Source: Raphidiopsis brookii D9 (GTDB lineage Bacteria; Cyanobacteriota; Cyanobacteriia; Cyanobacteriales; Nostocaceae). Taken from it: a DNA stretch of 32,000 nt. The DNA lies in assembly GCA_000175855.1 (NCBI GenBank), contig ACYB01000031.1:120001-152000 (forward strand), read 5' to 3'. A program made the position numbers and the translations under genes. This document shows, piece by piece, positions 9,192-17,419 of the stretch. The first letter of the stretch is position 1, and every line of letters starts with the position of its first letter. The notes beneath the pieces are model-generated. The model was given only the letters and a program-made list of their open reading frames with translations. It was not told the origin of the DNA and did no database searches.

Positions 9192-9671
9192 CTAGGTCTG
9201 CTTGCTTGATTTGTTACTTTCTGGGTCTGTTTTCCTTTGTGGCTTTTCTGGTTCTTTTCCAAATGATCCCCTTTTTTTTAGTACCCGTCTTAACCTATCG
9301 GGACTTAGTTTAACCGAGCGTTCCGTCTCTAACTTTTGAGCTAATTGAACACTGTTGTATGTACGTGGTTCTTTTTTCAGGCATTCCTCCAGAAATTCTA
9401 TGTCTGAATCCCTGTATTTCGGTTTTCCTCCTCGACCAGATTTTTCCCACAGTCCTTCTAGACCAAACTTTTCCCATTTATGTAAAACCTCTCTAACTGT
9501 TTGTGAAGTCCAGTTAAAATGAGCTGCTATTTTTTCCACGTACCATCCATGTGCATTTAACCTAATCACTTCTGCTCGGTCTTTGACTTTCTGTGGTACA
9601 TCCGCACTTCTTAGATTAAACAGCGTTTTATCTTCCTCACTTGTCAGAAATACCCTTAAACGAGCTCCCAT
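9192..9671 (-). CDS. IS630-family transposase, HTH DNA-binding part (orfA)
   Basis: Winged-helix/HTH region (VKDRAEVIRLNAHGWYVEKIAAHFNWTSQTVREVLHKWEKFGLEGL…). It ends at a TAG 2 nt before the orfB ATG. It contains an A8 tract (T8 on the plus strand, 9272-9279). Confidence 0.8.
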   Translation of the reverse strand: MGARLRVFLTSEEDKTLFNLRSADVPQKVKDRAEVIRLNAHGWYVEKIAAHFNWTSQTVREVLHKWEKFGLEGLWEKSGRGGKPKYRDSDIEFLEECLKKEPRTYNSVQLAQKLETERSVKLSPDRLRRVLKKRGSFGKEPEKPQRKTDPESNKSSKQT

Positions 9672-9740
9672 ATCTTATTACCTCGGTATATCCTATTTAT
9701 TTATCTTCACATAGTTTGGTTTTTTCAGTCCAACTTACTT

Positions 9741-9851
9741 AGTCTCAAACCTGAAGAATTTACACAAAGGGCAAAAGCTGATCCTGATTTTGATCGCATT
9801 CGAGAAGATACACGCTTTCAGGCTTTAATTAATAAAACTTTTCACGATTGA
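9741..9851 (+). pseudogene. orphan 3' tail of a gene (TPR-protein-like C-terminus), 5' part missing
   Basis: Directly after the IS right end an open frame reads SLKPEEFTQRAKADPDFDRIREDTRFQALINKTFHD*, with the stop at 9849-9851. It has no start codon and is not UrtA-like. The DPDFD-x-IR-x-D-x-RF pattern resembles C-termini of TPR proteins, but that is a recollection only. Confidence 0.4.
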
Positions 9852-9878
9852 CCTCAAATTAACCCAGGCTGTTTACCT

Positions 9879-11204
9879 ATGTCCCAAAATGCGGAACTGC
9901 TCAAGAACCTTTACAATGCTTTTAACCCGTTCCAACCTCTGTCAGCAGGAGATCCTAACTATGTAGACTGTCAAGACGTTAGAGGTGAAGCAGATATTTT
10001 AGAGGAATTGGGAAATCGCATTCAGCTGGCACGGGGAAATACTTGTCAACTGTATTCTGGACACAGAGGAGCAGGTAAATCTACTGAATTACTAAGATTG
10101 AAGAAATATCTGGAAGAGAGGCAGTTTTACGTAATTTATTTTGCCGCCGATGAAGAGGATATAGATTCAGAGGATGCTCATTATACCGATATTCTTCTGG
10201 CTTGTACCCGCAGGTTACTTAAAGATTTACAGCAAATAGGTAATCCTCAACCAGTACTAAATTGGCTAAAAGAGCGCTGGCAAGATCTAAAAGATTTAGC
10301 ACTCACAGAAATCCATCTTGAGGATATGAACATAGAGATGCAAGTTACTCAGTTTGCTAAGTTAACAGCTAACCTAAGAGCAGTTCCCGAATTACGTCAA
10401 CAGATTCGAGAGAAGGTAAACCCCCACACGGTAACTTTAATTAGGGTGTTAAATGAATTTATTGGAGACGCGAAGAAACGATTGCCATCGAAACAACACC
10501 AATTAGCAGTAATTGTTGATAACTTAGATCGGATGATACTAGTCAAGGAAGGAAATCGGACTAATTATGAAGAGGTTTTTCTAGACCGGTGTGAGCAACT
10601 CAAGTCTCTGGACTGTCACCTCATCTACACAGTTCCCATTGCTATGGTTTATTCTACTAGAGCTACTGATCTGCGCGACATTTATGGTGATCCCCAGGTT
10701 TTACCAATGGTGATGGTGCGGACTCCTAAAGGGGAAGTTTATCAACCGGGTTTGAAAAGGTTAACCGAGGTAATTGGCAGACGGGTTCGGCAATTTGTAC
10801 CAAATATATCCATAGAAACGGACATTTTTGACAGTCCAGACACTTTGGAAAAACTTTGTTTAATGAGTGGAGGTCACGTCCGAAATCTATTACTATTGAC
10901 TCAGGATGCCATTGGACGCACTCAAGACTTACCCATATCTGAAAGAGCAGTTCGACGAGCTATTACTCAAGCTAGGGATACCTACCGCCGTGCCGTAGAA
11001 AACCATCAATGGTCTTTATTGGCAGACGTATCTCGTTCAAAACGCATCCTTAATGATGATCAGTATCGCAATCTAATGTTTAATCGTTGTTTATTAGAAT
11101 ATCGCTATTTGGATAAAGAAGGGGAAATACAGCGCTGGTATGATATTCACCCGCTTATTCAGGGAATCCAGGAATTTAAAGAAGCTCTAGCAAACCTTTT
11201 GTAA
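9879..11204 (+). CDS. P-loop AAA+ ATPase (Orc1/Cdc6- or STAND-like core), function unknown
   Basis: Walker A GHRGAGKST, Walker B-like LAVIVDNLDRM, a sensor-2-like SGGHVRNLLLL, and a helical C-terminus. The N-terminal FNPFQPLSAGDPNYVDCQDVRGE resembles the pre-P-loop segment of cyanobacterial STAND/archaeal-type ATPases. No repeat or effector domain is fused. Confidence 0.7.
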   Translation: MSQNAELLKNLYNAFNPFQPLSAGDPNYVDCQDVRGEADILEELGNRIQLARGNTCQLYSGHRGAGKSTELLRLKKYLEERQFYVIYFAADEEDIDSEDAHYTDILLACTRRLLKDLQQIGNPQPVLNWLKERWQDLKDLALTEIHLEDMNIEMQVTQFAKLTANLRAVPELRQQIREKVNPHTVTLIRVLNEFIGDAKKRLPSKQHQLAVIVDNLDRMILVKEGNRTNYEEVFLDRCEQLKSLDCHLIYTVPIAMVYSTRATDLRDIYGDPQVLPMVMVRTPKGEVYQPGLKRLTEVIGRRVRQFVPNISIETDIFDSPDTLEKLCLMSGGHVRNLLLLTQDAIGRTQDLPISERAVRRAITQARDTYRRAVENHQWSLLADVSRSKRILNDDQYRNLMFNRCLLEYRYLDKEGEIQRWYDIHPLIQGIQEFKEALANLL

Positions 11205-11250
11205 ATTTCAACGCCCGGAAGTAAAATCTATCTTTCCAGTTTTCTGCTTT

Positions 11251-13059
11251 TTGTTAGAATATGAATATGATTTGGAGGGCCAGGTAACTGGTCATGGGCC
11301 TATAGAGACTATTTTCGGAAATCTACAGGGTTTAAAATCCAGCCAACTAAGACAATTACAACGGCTGTACCATCAACGCGTACCAGGCAACTTTATTACC
11401 ACATCTGAGTTTGCTCAAAGGCTGGCAGCAATTAGTACAGAAGTAAACCAACCTATTTGCTCTTACATTAACCGTAAAGGAAAAGTGATTAGGGTTGGTG
11501 TAGGTACTGTGCGTCAAACTCAAATTCCACCCATGGAAATTCCACGCTATGGTGCAGAAAGACTCAGTGGAATTCGCTGCATAGCAACGAATCTCAAGTC
11601 AGAACCTCCCCAGGAAGCAGCACTGACAGCAATGCTGTTACAGCGATTGGATAGTTTAGTTATTTTAAATCTTACGGGCACAGGATTTACAAAAAGAGGT
11701 GGCGGATCAACTGGTTATGTTAAAGAGGTATACTTGGCTCATTTAGTGTGTAATACTACAAGAATACCTTTTAGTCAGTCATCGTTTATGACTGTTGGGG
11801 AATCCAGATCTCCTGATTTTCACATTTCACCACCCTTAAGTTTGGATGCAATTGCCCAACTGGATTTTCTGGGTTTGGTAGAAGGTTTAGAGGCAGAATT
11901 TGAGCGGGAATATATTGGACAGGAAGTAAATGGAGATCATGACCGAGTCATACTTGTAGGAGTATTCACTGATGATGTAAGTGACCAACAATTCCAAGAT
12001 ACTATAGCCGAGCTAGCTAGGTTAGTAGATACAGCAGGGGGAGAAGTGTTGCAAAGCGTCCAGCAAAAGCGCTCCCGTATTCATCCCCAAACGGTTATTG
12101 GTGAAGGTAAGGTTCAGGAGGTGGCTTTAACTGCTCAAACCCGGGGAGCAAATCTAATTGTTTTTGATCGCGATTTATCACCCGCTCAAGTGCGAAATTT
12201 AGAGTCCCAAATTGGTGTTAGAGTGATTGATCGTACGGAGGTAATATTAGATATATTTGCCCAGCGGGCCCAATCGGGAGCTGGGAAGTTACAAGTAGAA
12301 CTGGCCCAACTGGAGTATATGCTACCACGATTAACTGGTAGGGGGAGGGCTATGTCACGGTTGGGAGGTGGAATAGGAACTCGCGGACCTGGTGAAACCA
12401 AACTGGAAACGGAAAGACGAGCCATTCAAAGACGTATTTCCCGACTGCAACAGGAAGTTAACCAATTACAGGCCCATCGTTGCCGTTTGCGTCAAAAACG
12501 ACAACATCGGGAAATACCATCGCTGGCTTTGGTGGGATATACTAATGCGGGTAAGTCTACTCTACTCAACGCCCTAACCAATGCCCAGGTTTATACAGCT
12601 GATCAACTATTTGCCACCCTTGACCCTACCACCCGTCGTTTAGTTATTCCCCAAGGGGAAAACTATCCAGTTCGGGAAGCCTTAATTACGGATACTGTTG
12701 GGTTTATCCATGAATTGCCCTATTCTTTGATGGATGCTTTCCGTGCTACTTTGGAGGAAGTTACGGAGGCAGATGCCTTAATACATCTAGTTGATTTATC
12801 CCACCCTGCTTGGTTAAGTCACATTAGATCAGTACGAGAAATTCTAGCTCAAATGCCTATCACTCCTGGACCCGCTTTAGTCGTTTTTAATAAAATTGAT
12901 CAGGTTAATAATGAAGTGCTAGTTTCCGCACGAGAGGAATTTCCTTTGAGTGTGTTTATATCAGCTAGTCAGCGTTTAGGGTTGGAAACTCTTAGACTAC
13001 GATTATCACAGTTGATTGAATACGCTCTAGAACCAATGATACAAGAACAAGGATTTTAA
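11251..13059 (+). CDS. hflX: GTPase HflX (long cyanobacterial form)
   Basis: HflX N-domain (GEGKVQEVA…ANLIVFDRDLSPAQVRNLE), then the glycine-rich GTRGPGETKLE and the G-domain (GYTNAGKSTLLNAL, DTVGF, NKID). The start is uncertain. No in-frame ATG precedes the conserved IETIFGNLQGLKSSQL segment; candidates are TTG at 11251 or 11272. Confidence 0.88.
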   Translation: MLEYEYDLEGQVTGHGPIETIFGNLQGLKSSQLRQLQRLYHQRVPGNFITTSEFAQRLAAISTEVNQPICSYINRKGKVIRVGVGTVRQTQIPPMEIPRYGAERLSGIRCIATNLKSEPPQEAALTAMLLQRLDSLVILNLTGTGFTKRGGGSTGYVKEVYLAHLVCNTTRIPFSQSSFMTVGESRSPDFHISPPLSLDAIAQLDFLGLVEGLEAEFEREYIGQEVNGDHDRVILVGVFTDDVSDQQFQDTIAELARLVDTAGGEVLQSVQQKRSRIHPQTVIGEGKVQEVALTAQTRGANLIVFDRDLSPAQVRNLESQIGVRVIDRTEVILDIFAQRAQSGAGKLQVELAQLEYMLPRLTGRGRAMSRLGGGIGTRGPGETKLETERRAIQRRISRLQQEVNQLQAHRCRLRQKRQHREIPSLALVGYTNAGKSTLLNALTNAQVYTADQLFATLDPTTRRLVIPQGENYPVREALITDTVGFIHELPYSLMDAFRATLEEVTEADALIHLVDLSHPAWLSHIRSVREILAQMPITPGPALVVFNKIDQVNNEVLVSAREEFPLSVFISASQRLGLETLRLRLSQLIEYALEPMIQEQGF

Positions 13060-13129
13060 AACCATGGCAATGGCAAATTGATGATATAAAATTATTAGGT
13101 CAAGTAGGGAGTATCTGATTAGGAAGGTT

Positions 13130-13399
13130 ATGACTGCAAAAGTAGAAATTTATACTTGGAGTGCTTGTCCGTTTTGTATACGTGCCAAAGGCTTGCTTAC
13201 AGCTAAAGGGGTGCAATTTACCGAATACAAAATTGATGGAGATGAGGAAGCAAGGAGGAAAATGGCTATCCGGGCAAATGGGAAACGCTCTGTACCCCAA
13301 ATTTTTATCAATGATGTCCACATTGGTGGTTGTGATGATATTCACGCCCTGGACCGTAGAGGGGGTCTGGATCCACTACTGCAAAATTCTGGGGACTAG
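13130..13399 (+). CDS. grxC: glutaredoxin 3
   Basis: Active site CPFC (…YTWSACPFCIRAKGLL…), SVPQIFI and GGCDD motifs. AGGAAGG RBS. Confidence 0.92.
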   Translation: MTAKVEIYTWSACPFCIRAKGLLTAKGVQFTEYKIDGDEEARRKMAIRANGKRSVPQIFINDVHIGGCDDIHALDRRGGLDPLLQNSGD

Positions 13400-13401
13400 T
13401 C

Positions 13402-14382
13402 GTGAGATTAGCTTTTATTATTGATCCTATCCATCAGCTAGACCCCTGTCATGATACTAGTGTGGCCCTGATGGAAGCAGCACAACTCCTGGGACACGAG
13501 GTCTGGATAACTCAGGTTAACCTACTAAATGTTATCCACGGTCAGGCCTGGGCCCTTCTTCAACCTATAGAAATAACTCCAGTAGAATTGGTGCAGGGAC
13601 TTTGGGTAGCAGCAAATTCTTGGTATAATTTAGGTCAGGCTATTTTTGCTCCCTTGGAGTCTATGCATGCTGTCTTTATGAGGACAGATCCCCCAGTTAA
13701 TGATTCCTACCTCTATGCTACTTATATTTTAGACTACATTGATCCTACTAAAACTCTGGTGGTTAACTCTCCCGGTGGTATCAGAGCCGCTAATGAAAAA
13801 ATGTATGCTCTTCAATTCAAAGAAGCAATTCCTGAAACTATTGTTAGTGCAGACAAAGATGTAATTCGGGACTTTGTGGAAAAGAAAGGCACAACAGTTA
13901 TTAAGCCCTTAGGTAACAAAGCCGGGGAAGGAATATTGATTGTGCAGGCAGGCGATCGCAATTTTAATTCCATAGTTGAGATTAGCACCATGCGGGGGCG
14001 ATTACCAGTCATGGTGCAAAGCTATTTGCCAGAGGCGAAAAATGGGGACAAGCGGATCATTTTAATTAATGGTCAACCTATGGGGGCACTCAACCGTCTA
14101 GCCAGTGGCAATGATTTTCGCAATAACATGGCTGCAGGTGGCACGGTGGCAAAAACAGAAATTACCACCAGAGAGGAAGAAATTTGTCAACTATTAGCCC
14201 CCAAACTGCGTCAGCATGGGTTAATTTTTGTTGGCATTGACATCATTGGTGGCTATTTGACAGAAGTCAATGTTACCAGTCCCACAGGAATCAGGGAAAT
14301 AGACCGTCTCAATGGCACCTATTTGTCAAGGGAGGTGTTGTCACTCATTATTGCGGGGATTAGGATTACGTCTCCTTTGTAA
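13402..14382 (+). CDS. gshB: glutathione synthetase
   Basis: Prokaryotic GshB N-domain followed by an ATP-grasp domain (…[16 protein letters not shown]…[12 protein letters not shown]…[12 protein letters not shown]…[15 protein letters not shown]). GTG start 2 nt after the grxC stop suggests translational coupling. Confidence 0.9.
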   Translation: MRLAFIIDPIHQLDPCHDTSVALMEAAQLLGHEVWITQVNLLNVIHGQAWALLQPIEITPVELVQGLWVAANSWYNLGQAIFAPLESMHAVFMRTDPPVNDSYLYATYILDYIDPTKTLVVNSPGGIRAANEKMYALQFKEAIPETIVSADKDVIRDFVEKKGTTVIKPLGNKAGEGILIVQAGDRNFNSIVEISTMRGRLPVMVQSYLPEAKNGDKRIILINGQPMGALNRLASGNDFRNNMAAGGTVAKTEITTREEEICQLLAPKLRQHGLIFVGIDIIGGYLTEVNVTSPTGIREIDRLNGTYLSREVLSLIIAGIRITSPL

Positions 14383-15639
14383 GAAGTCGGGTATTTGTGG
14401 AGCTTGAGAGGGTGGGGGAGTTGGATTGGTTGGTTGTAGTGGTTGATTAACCGGAGGTTGAGGTCCTGGTTTTTTAGGTGGTGTACCAGGGGGTCTAGAA
14501 CTAATAGTAGTCTGGGGGGTGGGTACGGGAGCTTCTCCGGTAAAGCCAGTGGCAATCACGGTAATTCTCACCTCTCCTTGTAGTCTGTCATCAATTACTG
14601 CCCCAAAAATAATATTAGCATTGGGATCAACCACTTCATAAATAGTTTCCGCAGCTGCATTTACCTCATGAAGTGTGAGATCGCTGCCACCAGTAATATT
14701 AAACACTACCCCTCTAGCACCCTCAATAGAGGATTCTAGTAAAGGTGATGAAATGGCTGCAATTGCTGCTTCTCGGGCCCTGGATTTTCCAGAACTCACA
14801 CCAATTCCCATCAAAGCAGATCCAGCATCAGCCATAACTGCTCGTACATCGGCGAAATCAACATTGACTAAACCTGGGATAGTAATAATATCAGAAATAC
14901 CCTGCACCCCCTGACGCAATACATCATCAGCGTAGCGGAATGCCTCCTGTACGGGGGTTTGTTCAGGTATAACCTCTAAAAGTTTATTGTTAGGGATAAT
15001 AATTAAAGTATCTACTCGACTTTTTAACCCCTCAATACCCTGTTCTGCTTGACTAGTACGTCGTCGTCCCTCGAAGACGAATGGTCTGGTAACCACCCCC
15101 ACCGTCAGAGCACCCATTTCCTTAGCTACTTCCGCTACTATGGGAGCAGCACCCGTACCTGTACCACCCCCCATACCAGCAGTAATAAATACCAAATCTG
15201 CCCCCTCCAGAGCAGTGGCAATTTCATCACGGGACTCCTCCGCCGCCTTTTGACCAATGGAAGGATTACCCCCAGCACCTAGACCCCTAGTTAATTTTTG
15301 CCCAATTTGCAGGCGACTTGATGCATTAGCCCAGGTTAGAGCCTGAGCATCGGTATTAATGGACCAAAACTCCACCCCCGTTACATCAGACTCAATCATC
15401 CGGTTCACTGCATTACCCCCGCCACCACCAACACCAATTACCTTAATATTGGCGACCCTTCCAGGAACAATTTCCCCAATCCGTTTAGCTTCCAACATCT
15501 TTGTATTATCGCTACCCTGTCCTAAGTTTAGCCCAGAACCACCAAAAGGATTACTGGAATTAACTGATAAGGATAACCCTGGTTGTCCAAAAGATTGGGA
15601 GTTTTTATAAGTAAGCTCTTGGTTATTATCAAGTGTCAT
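14341..15639 (-). CDS. ftsZ: cell division protein FtsZ
   Basis: [13 protein letters not shown], tubulin signature [12 protein letters not shown], a Pro-rich linker and a C-terminal IPDFLQRRR peptide. The N-terminus [11 protein letters not shown] is as in Anabaena/Nostoc FtsZ. Confidence 0.95.
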   Translation of the reverse strand: MTLDNNQELTYKNSQSFGQPGLSLSVNSSNPFGGSGLNLGQGSDNTKMLEAKRIGEIVPGRVANIKVIGVGGGGGNAVNRMIESDVTGVEFWSINTDAQALTWANASSRLQIGQKLTRGLGAGGNPSIGQKAAEESRDEIATALEGADLVFITAGMGGGTGTGAAPIVAEVAKEMGALTVGVVTRPFVFEGRRRTSQAEQGIEGLKSRVDTLIIIPNNKLLEVIPEQTPVQEAFRYADDVLRQGVQGISDIITIPGLVNVDFADVRAVMADAGSALMGIGVSSGKSRAREAAIAAISSPLLESSIEGARGVVFNITGGSDLTLHEVNAAAETIYEVVDPNANIIFGAVIDDRLQGEVRITVIATGFTGEAPVPTPQTTISSRPPGTPPKKPGPQPPVNQPLQPTNPTPPPSQAPQIPDFLQRRRNPNPRNNE

Positions 15640-15797
15640 AGTTTACAAAATTACATGGACGATTTTTTATGCTGTTCTTAATCCGAAAATCAAACATAGA
15701 GTCAACTATAGTCTGTAAAAACTATTATCATCTATGGACACAAATTGTTCCACAAACAGTCTAATACCGAGTGTGTAACCCTGAGAAAAATTACTGG

Positions 15798-16676
15798 TTA
15801 TTGATGCAATTGTACTAATGGATAATCAGGACTTTGGAGATCAATATACACTATTTCCCCAGATTTAAATTTTGCTTTTAAATTACCCATTTCCCTGAGC
15901 CTCTGTATCTTCTGATTTAATTGCACCACAGGAATCCCCAAATGTACAGCACCCAATTCCGTTTTCAAAATCACATTTGTCGGATCTCGAAAATCAATTT
16001 CCATCACGTTTAAAGAATTGTCTTGGATGGCTTGATACACCGTAGCCCAGTAAGGCTGATATTGTTCTGGTGAACCTAATACTTTCAAAGCAGGTAATTT
16101 GCCCCGGGGATTGAAGGCTGTATATTTTTTCCAGGGGATCAAGTTTCCACTGGCATCTATTAAATTTATATCATCACCTTTGGGACTTTGCGAACACGGA
16201 ATTGCGAGTGAGGTGACTTTTTTTGAAGAGGCCTGAGAATTGGAGACACAATTAGTTGCATTAGATTTTGACGAAGGTTGAATCATTGCTACTGGTAGTC
16301 TTTCTTGAATCTCAATATTTAATCCAGGTGGAAACAAACGACGGTTGACTATTGCTTGGGCAATAGTTGGTTGTCTTTCTAGGGATTGGGCAATTGCTGA
16401 GGGTTTAATTCGCCATAAGGACTGAGGATAAGAAAATTGCAGCAGTCTTTGAACTGTTTTCTGCGGTAATAGTTGATTCCCCGACCTCATCAAAATTTGT
16501 GTGGGAGTTGTGATCAACCAAACAGGTGCCAATACTATCCAAAACATTCCCCCTGCAATGCTACTAGTGGCTAGAATTCGCCAAACAGCTGTGAGAATTT
16601 TCATTTGTCTATGGCGACGCAGTTTTCGTCTCCGTTTGAGCAAATCCTGACGAGAAACCGATAACATGCCTGTCAT
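15798..16676 (-). CDS. ftsQ: cell division protein FtsQ/DivIB
   Basis: Basic N-terminus, a single TM helix (ILATSSIAGGMFWIVLAPVWLI), a POTRA-like segment, and a position immediately upstream of ftsZ (conserved ftsQ-ftsZ order). Confidence 0.8.
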   Translation of the reverse strand: MTGMLSVSRQDLLKRRRKLRRHRQMKILTAVWRILATSSIAGGMFWIVLAPVWLITTPTQILMRSGNQLLPQKTVQRLLQFSYPQSLWRIKPSAIAQSLERQPTIAQAIVNRRLFPPGLNIEIQERLPVAMIQPSSKSNATNCVSNSQASSKKVTSLAIPCSQSPKGDDINLIDASGNLIPWKKYTAFNPRGKLPALKVLGSPEQYQPYWATVYQAIQDNSLNVMEIDFRDPTNVILKTELGAVHLGIPVVQLNQKIQRLREMGNLKAKFKSGEIVYIDLQSPDYPLVQLHQ

Positions 16677-16780
16677 TACAACCCCTTTCTAATTTTTTCA
16701 ATTCTTGGTATCAGATACAACTACGATTGGCTTACCATTCTATATTGCTTTTATTGCTTTGAGTATCATCAGTAGGAGGT

Positions 16781-17116
16781 TTAAGGATGGGAAATTTCTA
16801 TTTCCGCATCATATTCATTTCTTTTGGTAGCTAAGTTTATCAGAAACCATTGCAATCGCATACGCTCAATATAAGGCCATCCACCAGTGGATTCAATATC
16901 TTTCAAAAGGTTATACAGTTCTTGACGATTTTCCGGTAAACTATCTTGAAAAACTCCATCACGAATCTCTTTGTGTAAATACTCTAGTTGTCTTAATAAA
17001 TTTAGGAAGTTTTTCGTCTCACCTTGACAAGCTGTAACTGCTTCCCTAACTGCATTACTAACCGCTTGTAAACTGCTGGATGAATCTTCCAACGGCAGAT
17101 TTTGGTCTTTCTTCAT
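16781..17116 (-). CDS. conserved hypothetical protein (111 aa)
   Basis: A clean ORF with protein-like composition and no competing frame. I recognise no family. Confidence 0.5.
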   Translation of the reverse strand: MKKDQNLPLEDSSSSLQAVSNAVREAVTACQGETKNFLNLLRQLEYLHKEIRDGVFQDSLPENRQELYNLLKDIESTGGWPYIERMRLQWFLINLATKRNEYDAEIEISHP

Positions 17117-17154
17117 CGGAAATTATGGGTTGTAAACCCCGTCTTTGGGACGGC

Positions 17155-17183
17155 TTGACATTTGAGGCACTTCTTGCTACTAT
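17155..17183 (+). promoter_or_regulatory. near-consensus sigma70-type promoter (TTGACA-17-TACTAT)
   Basis: TTGACA (17155-17160), an exact 17-nt spacer, then TACTAT (17178-17183). It lies about 235 nt upstream of the psbO ATG in the divergent intergenic region. Confidence 0.35.
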
Positions 17184-17419
17184 CACACTTCGATGCAGAA
17201 GCTGCAATAACCGAATATTATTCCACGATAACACGGAATCGCAAAACAAACTGCCTATTGAAAACGCCGATAAACCGAGAGATTTAGGTTAATACTCCCG
17301 GTTCCCATTCCTTGATTAATTATCATCGTTAATTGGTCAATTGATTGATGCTCCCCTCAATGGTAGTTTGAATATAGAGCAGTTTTACCACTTAGATATT
17401 AACGACATTGAGGTTGACC

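Larger units (their letters stand above)
8578..9741 (-). mobile_element. IS630-family insertion sequence (about 1.16 kb) with TA target duplication
   Basis: Terminal inverted repeats: TAAGTAAGTCGG (8578-8589) versus the reverse complement of 9730-9741, TAAGTAAGTTGG, are 11/12 identical, with weaker similarity for about 10 more nt. Each outermost TA (8578-8579, 9740-9741) fits the TA duplication typical of IS630/Tc1-mariner. The element encodes an HTH ORF and a DDE ORF. Confidence 0.85.

Noticed and set aside
8576-9760. The in-frame fusion produced by excising the IS in silico (UrtA 1-197 plus a 36-aa TPR-like tail), considered as a genuine ancestral gene
   Set aside because: UrtA homologues are more than twice as long, and the tail has no similarity to UrtA. 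Frame agreement has a 1-in-3 chance. IS-mediated rearrangement explains it better.
13100-13424. ORFs 13100-13345 (-) and 13161-13424 (+) overlapping grxC
   Set aside because: grxC has a clear CPFC glutaredoxin signature and an RBS. The alternatives are off-frame or antisense readings with no motifs.
17058-17292. ORFs of 63 and 70 aa in the psbO upstream region
   Set aside because: They have non-ATG or context-poor starts and no RBS, overlap each other on opposite strands, and overlap the candidate promoter. I treated the region as non-coding.
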